Source: the human T2T-CHM13v2.0 reference genome, Homo sapiens. Taken from it: a stretch of 64,000 nucleotides of DNA. The position numbers and the translations under genes are program-made. The notes under the pieces are model-generated. The model ran no database searches and was not told the DNA's origin. It saw only the letters and a program-made list of their open reading frames with translations. Shown here one piece after another: positions 53,198 through 64,000 of this stretch. The stretch lies in the NCBI RefSeq assembly GCF_009914755.1, contig NC_060947.1; one strand, given 5' to 3'. Each line of letters starts with the position of its first letter. Within the stretch, counting starts at the first letter, position 1.

Positions 53198-53644
53198 AAT
53201 GATGTTGTGGCTTTACTGAACATATAAAAATTATTAAAAATAGCAAACAAAAAACACATACTGGAATCTAAAACCAAATATCCTCCTGTGGGAGTGCTGT
53301 ACACCCTCTACGCCTACAAGGATTCCTCTGAAAGCAGCAATGATGCCAGACATCATGTTGTGTACACAGTGATCTCCTCTTATTCTCAAGAGGAGAATAA
53401 GGCACTAAAATGCTTAGAGTGTTACTTCTCGCTCTCTGGGGGTAAGGAAAGAGGTGTTAAGTACAAAAATAACCCTATCTCAAAGACAGAGAGTCTGCCA
53501 GAAGAATCATTTTTGGAACATCCTCTAAATACTAGTGCATATAACTCAATCCTTTCAAAGAAAAAGCCTAAATCCACATATCCAAACCCTGCCCATCCTT
53601 GAGAGTTAACTGAAGATGCACCTTCTTAAAAAATCATTCTTCGA

Positions 53645-53926
53645 GCTGGGCAAGGTAGCTCATGCCTATAATCCCAGCACTTTGGGAGGAGGCAGGCAGA
53701 TTGCTTGGGTTCAAGAATTGGAGACCAGCCTGGGCAACATGGTAAAAGCCCATCTCTACAAAAATATCAAAAGTTAGCCAGGCATGGTGGTGTGCACCTG
53801 TGGTCCCAGCTACTCAGGAGGCTGAGGTGGGAGGATTGCTTGAGCCCGGGAGGAGAGGTTGCAGTGAGCCAAGATTGTGCCATTGCACAGCCTGGGTGAC
53901 TGAGCCAGACCTTGTCTCAAAAAAAA
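53645..53926 (+). mobile_element. AluJ
   Basis: Diverged dimer. Confidence 0.92.
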
Positions 53927-54398
53927 CCCCCACATCATTCTTTGTCTATTCCAGTTCTTAGTGAATTCTCTCCACAGAATGACTGCACTCACCATGGCAG
54001 GTATTAATAATTTAATCATCGATTTGACATCTCTTACCATTTAATTTTTGTATTATTTAACTCTATGATGTCCTAATTTATAAATAGCATATCTAATTCC
54101 TAAATGAATGAGAGAACACTTCTTAAATGGTTATTTATTTACATATATCTTTTACTCTAGAACAGATGTCTCTCCTACATCGTGAGGCCCAGTGTAATTA
54201 TTTGCTTTATCTCCCGTGGTCCCCGTAAGTAGTAATCTAATACAGAGATGCTCTGGCTAACAGAACTCTAATATATTCTCCCTTCATTATCTACATGCTG
54301 GAGCCTGTGCAGATGAATAAGAAACAATGGAGGCCAATAATGATTAAAATCAAAGATGATTTTAAAAGATTCTTTATATGTATCCTTTATACTTTCTT

Positions 54399-54522
54399 AG
54401 CTGGGTGTGATGGCATGCACCTGTGGAAAGCTGAGACGGGAGGATTGCTTGCACTTAGGAGCTCAAGACCAGTCTGGGCAACATAGTGAGAGACCCCATC
54501 TCAAAAACAAAACAAACAAAAA
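54399..54522 (+). mobile_element. Monomeric Alu (FLAM-like)
   Basis: Single arm ending in an A-rich tail. Confidence 0.8.
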
Positions 54523-54557
54523 CATTTTCTTCACTAGGCTACAGGGAAAAAAAATTA

Positions 54558-54674
<117 letters not shown>

Positions 54675-54863
54675 TTAAAAAAAAAATAAAAAGTTCAGCA
54701 AAAGTAGAATTACTATGACAGTGCTTCTCTTAATATTTGTGATTTTGCGGTAGATAATTTTAATTACCAGTTAAAAAAAATTAAAGAAAATATGGAAAAT
54801 GGAGAAGACCATCCAGTATGCCACGCACACAAAATTGCTCCATGACAAAAATACTATTTTTGA

Positions 54864-55243
<380 letters not shown>

Positions 55244-55848
55244 GATAGTGCTTTTAAATCTTCTAATTATGATTATTTTCCCTGTTGCTCCATTTTTAAT
55301 GTTGCCTATTATTTTTAAAAACAGTTTTCATTGATATATAATTGACATACACATATTTAAAGTGTACAATTTGATAAGTTTGACATATGTATGAAACTAT
55401 GGCCACAATCAGGATAGTGATATATCTATCATTCCCAAAAGTTTCCTCATGCTCGTTGGTAATATTCTCCCATCCCTCCATACCCTCCCCACCACATCCC
55501 TAAGCAACTACTAATGTGACAATCAAAAAGCTGATAATATAGTTGTCGACCAAAGGCTGATACAGTCAACTTTTGCTGACTACAGATTTGTTTGCACTGT
55601 ACATAAATGAAATCATACAGTATGAACTCTTTTTTGTTGTTTTTTTCACTCAGCATAATTATTTTGAGATTCCACCATGATGTTGCATGTATCAGTAGTT
55701 TGTTCTTTGTTCTTGCTGAGTGGTATTCCATTGTATGGACATATCAGTTTATCCACTCACCCACTGAATTGTTTCCTGGTTTGGGCTATTATAAGTAAAG
55801 CTGTATTCCTGGGTTAATCACCATTTGATCATAACATATATATATTTT

Positions 55849-55955
55849 AAAGATCTGGAACACTTCATGCATTTGTATGTCATCCTTATACAGAGGCCAT
55901 GATAATATTTTCTGTACTGTTTATATTTTAGTATATGTGCTGCTGAAGTGAGAAC
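55849..55955 (-). pseudogene. Full-length U6 snRNA retropseudogene
   Basis: Reverse complement GTTCTCACTTCAGCAGCACATATACTAAAAT...TACAGAAAATATTATCATGGCCTCTGTATAAGGATGACATACAAATGCATGAAGTGTTCCAGATCTTT aligns end to end with U6 (107 nt); ACAGAGA box and AGC triad are mutated. Confidence 0.92.
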
Positions 55956-57011
55956 ATATTAACCTTTTCATATATTGTTGGATTTGCTTTGCTAAGACTT
56001 TGTTTAGAATTTTTACATCTACATTCATGAGGAATACTAGTCTATAGTTTTCTTTCTTTGTAATGTCTTAACTGGTTTTGGTATCAGGGCAATGCTGGCT
56101 TTCTAGGATGAGCTGGGAAAAATTCCTTTTTTTTCAATGTTTTGAAAAGAGTTTGTATAGAATTGGTATTATTTCTCCATTGTATGTTTGACAGAATTTA
56201 CCAGTGAAGCCATCTTGACCTGGAGTTTTCTTTGAGGAATAGTTTTTAACTACAAATTCAATTTTCAGATAGTATAGGGCAATTCAGTTTATTCCTTCTT
56301 AAATAAGCTTTAGTAGTTTCTGTCTCCCAGGGAATTTTTCCATTTTATCTAAGTTGTTGAATTTATTGGCATAAATCTGTTTATTTCTTTATCATCCTTT
56401 TTATATCTGTAGACTCTGTAGTGATGCCCCTTCTCTCATGCCTGATGTTGGTAATTCATGTTTTTTTTCCCCGTGATTGTATAGCCATTTTTCCTGATCA
56501 GTCTGATCTTTCCAAAGAAAAAGTATTTTCTGTTTTATTGATACTCTATTGCTTTCTGCTTTCTATTTCATTAATTTCTACTTTGATCTTTATTATTTCT
56601 TCTCTTCTACTCATTTTGGGTTTAATTTACTCCATTTTGTCCTAGTTACTTTTAAGGTATAAGCTGAAGTCATTGATTTGAGATGTTTCTTCTTTTCTAA
56701 TATAGGTGTTTAATGGTACATATTTCTCCCTAAGTACTGCTTTAGTGGCATCCTGCAAATTCTGACATACTGTGGTTCATTTTAATTCATTACAAAATAC
56801 TTCTTAATTTCCCTTTTGATTTCCTCTTTAATTCATGGGTTACTTAGAATTGTGTTATTTAATTTTCAAGTACTTGGCGATTTATCTCTCTCTGTTATTC
56901 ATGTCTAATTTAATCCCAGTGTGGTCTGAGAATATATTTTGATATCAATAAAGCTACTCCAGCTACCTTTTGATTAATGTTATCACAGTATATCTTTTTC
57001 TATCTTCTTAC

Positions 57012-57209
<198 letters not shown>

Positions 57210-57989
57210 TGAAGTGCATGTTTTACAAGCAGAACATGATGATTGATACAGTCTGGTATAAATATATATTCTTGCTATTTGACTTCTATTTGTTCCACCT
57301 GTTCTGTTATCTTTTTCTGCCTTTCTTTGTATTATTTTTTATTCTGTTTTCTCTCCTGTGTTTTCTCTCACAACTCTTCATTTTGTTGTTTTAGTGGTTG
57401 CATTAGGGTTTATAGCATCTATCTTTAACTTGTCAGTGTACCTTCAAGTGATATTATACCACTTCACATATAACCCTTATCCCCCCTACATCATATAAGA
57501 GCCTTACAATAGTATATAGTACTTCTATGTCTTTCTTCCTGACCTTTGTGCTACTGTTGTCATACATTTTATTTTTCCATATACTATAAACTCTAAAACA
57601 CATTGTTATTTTTGTTTAAATTGCCAATTATAAGAGATTGAAGTAATAAGAAAAAGAACTTATAGATTTACCCATATAGCTATCATTTCCAGTGCTCTTT
57701 ATTCCCTTTTTGTAGATTCAGATTTCAATCTGTTATCGTTTTCCTTCTGCCTGAAGAATGTCCTAAATATACTGTGGGTCTTATAGTGTGGGTCTGCTGA
57801 ATTCTTTCAGTTTTGGTATGTCTGAAGACATTTTTATTTTGCCTTCTTGTTCTTGAAAGATACTTCTGCTTGGTTTAGAATTCTAAGTTGAGAAATGTTT
57901 GTTTTTAGTACTTTATGACACTGTTCTTGTTTGTACTGCTTCCGATAAGACATTGATGTCATCCTTATGTTTGTTCCTCTGTGTGTAAA

Positions 57990-58125
57990 ATTTCTTTTTT
58001 CTTTTTTTTTTTTTTTTTGAGATGGAGTCTCGCTCTGTCACCCAGGCTGGAGTGCGGTGGCATGATGTCTTGGCTCACTCCAACCTCCACCTACCAGGGT
58101 CAAGCAATTCTCCTACCTCTGTCTC
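57990..58125 (-). mobile_element. Truncated Alu
   Basis: T tail plus partial right arm. Confidence 0.85.
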
Positions 58126-60706
58126 CCAATTTCTTTCTTTTTTTTTTTGTTTTTTTTTGGTCTGTTTCTCAGATTTTCTCTTTGTCATAGGTTCTAAGCA
58201 GTTTGATTATGATGTAGCTTGGTATTGTTTTCTTCATGTTTCTTGTGCTTGGGGTTTGCCATGGTGTTTGGATCTGTGGGTTTATAGTTTTCATCAAGTT
58301 TGGAATGTTTTCAGGCGTTATTTCTTCAAACATTTCTTCTTTCTTTTCCTCTCTTCTTCATGAACTCCAATTAACCATGTATTAGGCTGACTGAAGTTGT
58401 CCCACGGCTCAGTGATGCTCTTTTCATCTTTAAAAATTCTTTTTCTTGCTGTGTTTCATTTTTGATAGTTTTTATTGCTCTGTCTTCAAGTTCACTAATC
58501 TCTTCTGAAATGTCTAATCTGCCATTAATCCCATAGTGTATTTTCCTGCTAATTCTATTATCTGTCAGTTCTATGTCATTTTTGATTGATTATTCTCCAT
58601 ATTATAGGTCACACTTTCTGGTCTTTTTACATGCCTAGTAATCTTTGATTAGATGTCAGACATTGTGAATTTGTTGCATAGTTGATGTTTTTGTATTCCT
58701 AAAAATATTCTTATGTTTTGTTCTGAGACTTAGATCAGTTACTCGGACATAGTTTGATCCTTTGGGTCTTGCGTTCATGATCCATTAGGCAGGTCTGGAG
58801 CAGTTGTCAGTTTGGGGCTAATTACTTCTCATTACAGAGATAAGACTTCCCTGAGCGCTCTACACAATGAGCCATGAATTAGAAATTTTTCTAGTCTGAC
58901 TGGTGGGAACAGGTAGTGCAGGCGCTGTTCCTTCCAATCCTTTTGGATGGTTTTTTTTTCCATCCAAAGTGGAGAGTGTTGGGGAGTTTCTCAGTGTTGG
59001 GGAATTTCCTATTAGACATGCACTGATCGATACTCTGCTGAATACTTGAGGGAGATCCTCTGCAGATCTGAGGTTCTGTCTGTGTGCAGCTCTCTCCTCT
59101 TCAGTACTCTGTCCTATGAACTCTAGTTGCTTTGGTCACCCCAGACTCTCAGCTCTGTCCCCTCAATTTAGGGAGTCTGCCTACTCTGCCTTAGTTCCCC
59201 TCCCTGTGCTGTGGCCTGGAAACTCTCTCAAGGCAGCATGGTGGGGCATTCATATGGGTCACCTTGTTTCCTGTCTCACAAGAGATCACTGTCCTTAGTT
59301 GCCTGATGTCTAATGTCTTGAAAACTGTTCTTTCATGATATTTTGTTTTTTATATGTTGGGTTGTTTCAAATGAGAGGATAAATCTGGTCCCAGTTACTC
59401 TATCTTGGACAGAAATGAAAGTTCTATAGTCACATTTAATGCCAGAATACTATTCTACAGAGTGGATTACTTTTTGTTTTCTGATTATCCACTATTAAAA
59501 AAAACAAGCATTCATAAACATATTTTTTGCACTAGATCTGGTTAATCCTAAGAATCACACAGGGAAATTTTAAATAATGCTGACTCTTAAACCCACTCTT
59601 TAGATTTAAGCTCAGGAGGCCTCGAATGGAGCCCGGAAATCTGTACTTTTTAACAGGCTCCCTTGCTGGAAAGTGGCCTTGAATTTGAGACAGTTAAGGG
59701 TAGGGACTGTGTCTTTTATTTTTCACTAGAGAATAACACTGTCAGAAAGCTTGATAAAAATATCTGAGACTTTATACTCTAAACTTAATTTGTACCACTC
59801 CACAAACTATAACTTTGCATTGTTCCTATTTTGCAGTTTTCAGAAGTGGTAGGTGAGCAATGTGAAAAACTGGTTTATCAAAATGTTTCCAGTCCTAAGA
59901 TTCAATTGTAATATTCAAGTTTCATTTCCAACTTGTACATTCAATCAGCTTGTATGGTTACTAAGAAAAGTGTTCCTGGAAAAATGCTGTAAATTAGTGT
60001 GTAAGTCAAATCTAATTTCATAAGGGAAATGATAGTACAATACAGCTTCCACCCTTGAAACTAATAGATGTATGTATTCATTCAACTAACATTAACGTGA
60101 ATTTACTATGAGGCAGGCACTCTGCTAGGTACAGTAGCAAATGAGACAAAAAGGGTCTCCCATGGCCAGGAGAAGTTCACCTCAAACCAACTGTAGTTAA
60201 CATTTATTATTCTGTAGGTCCCAAACATTTCTCTGTAGAGAGGAACTGATTCACTTTCTCTCTGTTCCCAAGTTCACAAATTCTAGGGAAGGCATTGGCA
60301 TAGCTTGGGTTAGGTGCCTACTCCTGAACCTACCAGCTTGAGGGGAGATATTAGGAAAGTTATACTCCTGGCCTTTCCCTGTTTATATAAGCCTTTCCTC
60401 TATTTTGTAAGCTAGTTCAAGCTTGATTTTTGTCACTTGCAACTATGGGAATTCCAATCAATAAAAAAAAAAATTATGAGTATGATGCTACAAATGGGAA
60501 AACAGAGGTGTGTAACAGGAGTATGTCACCCTTGAGGAATGGACACATTGCAGAGGGTCTGAAAAACAAAACAGATCATATAGGAATATCCTGCACAGTA
60601 ACATAATGCTTTGAATAAGACAACTAAGAAAGCAAATAAAGTTGTATTAAATGCATTAGAGATTGACACTCTATTATTGAAAATATATATTTTATATTTC
60701 ACATAA

Positions 60707-61198
<492 letters not shown>

Positions 61199-61459
61199 AA
61201 TTCAGTCTATGTTTCTATGTAGTGAGTCTTCACACAAACAATCAAGCAGCTGTCACTGGACTGCTTGAGAACTTAATGATCCCAAGACACTCTGAGGCCT
61301 CCTTCTTGTGGTCCCTTCTACCTTCTTGCCTGCTTTGCCTGGCTGAACATCACACCTTCCTGCCTCTCCAACACAGCTTTCTCTCCTCTCCAGCTCTGTC
61401 ATAACTGGGCTTGTTAAGTAAACCGTGCTAAGCTACAAATTTACTTGTTTAATGTAGCC

Positions 61460-62680
61460 AGCCCTGTGGAACGTGAGCTCTAGTAAGGGGCAGTGTCTTA
61501 TCTGACAATAGATCACTGGCATCTAATAAGAGTGATTTGCACTTAGTAGGGACTTCAAAAATATTTGGTGAATAAATGAATGAATATATAAAATGAATGA
61601 ATGGAATATTAGACTTTCAGAGCTAGGTGGGATCTTGGGGATCATTCATTTAGTCAACTATGCTTTTAGAGATGAGCCAACTGAGGTCCACTGACATGAA
61701 GTGATTTGCCCAAGACACCCAAAACCTGCTGTAGCCTATGCTCTTAAGCCAAAGAGTTGCCTGGATAGTACCAGAAGGGGTGAGGTGATCTGCATGCCCC
61801 CCATGTGCTGCAAGATAATATTGTATAACTGGCAAAGATTACTAAATGAGGATTAGGACCAGAAATGTCTAAGCTGAGGGCTCTCCAAAAATCATGGTCA
61901 TAGAGTCACTGCTATAACTTTTCCCTTAATCTAAAAGGCAACTTTCAGAAGTAGGTAATTTGTTTTTCTATATCCTAATATCCCTTTTCTATGTTCTGAG
62001 GAAAAAGATATGAATGCATAAATTTGAATTTTTTTCCTCTTCTAAAGATATGGTTTCTCCTCCAACTTGGAACTTATCCAATGTTCCCTGTCTCAACGTC
62101 CATTCAGTTTTAGAAGACTAAAGCTTAAGGGCTGTGCTTGATCTTTGCTTCTCCCTCAGTTCTACTGTCAATCCATTGTTAAGGCTTACTGATATTACCT
62201 ACTCTTTCATTATTTCTTAAATGTGTTCACTTCTTTCCATCTTGACATCCATCCCTCAAGTTCAGAGTTCCATCATATCTGCCCTGCACTGCTGCAATAA
62301 CAGCCTCTTAACTGGTTTCTGTACATCCACTCTTGACCCCTCTCATACATTCTCTAGAGTGATATTTCTAAAACAAAAATCTAATATTATCCCCCTGCTT
62401 GAAAGTCTTCAATAGCCTCCCATTGTTTTTAAGATAATGAACATAATCCTTAACATGTCTTCCAACACTTGTATGATTCTGTTCCAGCCACTCACCTTGC
62501 TGTCTGCAGTTCAGCCATGGTGCCTTCTTTCCATTGGGAAACTATGATAAGAGCCTTTTTACTACCAGGTTTACACATGTGCTATTTGGTTTGCTGAATA
62601 GTATTCCCCTGCTTCCCCTCACTCCCCTTGCTCTGTTCAGTTAACATCAAGGAGCCTTTCCTTGATCTTCTCAGTCTACG
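61460..62680. mobile_element. L2 and MIR relics
   Basis: L2 tail (aatatttggtgaataaatgaatgaa), MIR core (gaagtgatttgcccaagacaccca), L2 body (aacagcctcttaactggtttct). Confidence 0.65.
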
Positions 62681-63232
62681 AGAATTCTATGAGAATGGAG
62701 GCAAGGTTCAGCATCAATTCTCTTCCAGCTCTACTCCCAAGCACTGAGTAAATTGATTCATATTAAGTAGGTAGCTGGGAGTGGAAGAAATTTATTTCAG
62801 CAGTGTTACTCAATTCTTTGAATGCCCCCTGAATTAATCTTCCTCTAATTTTGTTGAAGGCAAAAGATCTGAAAACTATAAGATTTATAAAAGGATGATT
62901 TTTACAATGTTACTAGACATTCACTTTCTCAATACCAATACCAATATTTCAAATTGTCCCTTTCTTTGCTGCCCCAGAGGTTTTTACACCCTGGAGGAAT
63001 GTTACAGTATGTTCCCCTTTTTTTGGTTGAAGGGCAATTGTGAAAGGAGAGGTGAGAAAGAGAACCGGAATGCCTAAGACAGTTTCAGGCAGAACAATTC
63101 TAGAAAAGAAGGGCAGGGGGGAACTGAAGATCTGGAAACTGATTTCTTTAAAACTATCCATGTCTTCCTTCCCTCCCCAACTCCTAGTAGCATAGGTTGA
63201 AGTTAGTTGATATAACTCATGCTGGGATCTTA

Positions 63233-63454
<222 letters not shown>

Positions 63455-63458
63455 CTAG

Positions 63459-63728
<270 letters not shown>

Positions 63729-64000
63729 TAAACATATCTCATTCTTTTCCTCTCAAAGGTATCATTCATCTAAAGAGAACATAAAGTGTGTAATATCGAC
63801 ATCCAACTATCTCAATTTTTTTGTGACAATCATGATAAATAGATTTTTTAAAACGTAAGTGAATAAATGAGTGAATCAATGAAGAGATGTGTTTGATGAT
63901 TATCTGGGTCAGAGGTGTTATCAACTAACTTGTTCAAATGAAGGTAGACGGTACAATTTCAAGTAATTTAGCTAAAAGAATCATCTATAAATAGAGTTGG

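Noticed and set aside
62715-62815. Imperfect inverted repeat as a pre-miRNA
   Set aside because: Only short arms pair (tcttcca..ctccca with tgggagtggaaga); more likely a decayed DNA-transposon remnant.

Overview
Primate, almost certainly human, genomic DNA containing the 3' end of CASK (calcium/calmodulin-dependent serine protein kinase, a MAGUK scaffold) on the minus strand. I reconstructed 13 coding exons, all with GT-AG borders and consistent phases: 1467 nt, 488 aa plus stop. They encode the end of L27-2, PDZ, linker, SH3, HOOK and GUK, and correspond to exons 15-27 in the usual 27-exon numbering (numbering from memory). A 3' UTR of probably at least 5.3 kb contains a (CUG)16 tract. The introns hold about 30 Alus, a 5'-truncated 3.6-kb L1PA beside an older L1M, other L1M/L2/MIR/hAT relics, a U6 retrocopy and a probable ancient solo LTR. 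Nearly all ORFs in the supplied track are repeat-derived or spurious. I cannot establish a new biological system from sequence alone. The best leads are a cluster of strong antisense splice donors with an antisense mini-exon tied to the LTR-like element, the 3'-UTR CUG repeat lying distal to proximal poly(A) signals, two tightly spaced inverted Alu pairs, apparent Alu-to-Alu conversion and a locally templated insertion. Repeat boundaries are approximate and repeat subfamilies were called by eye.
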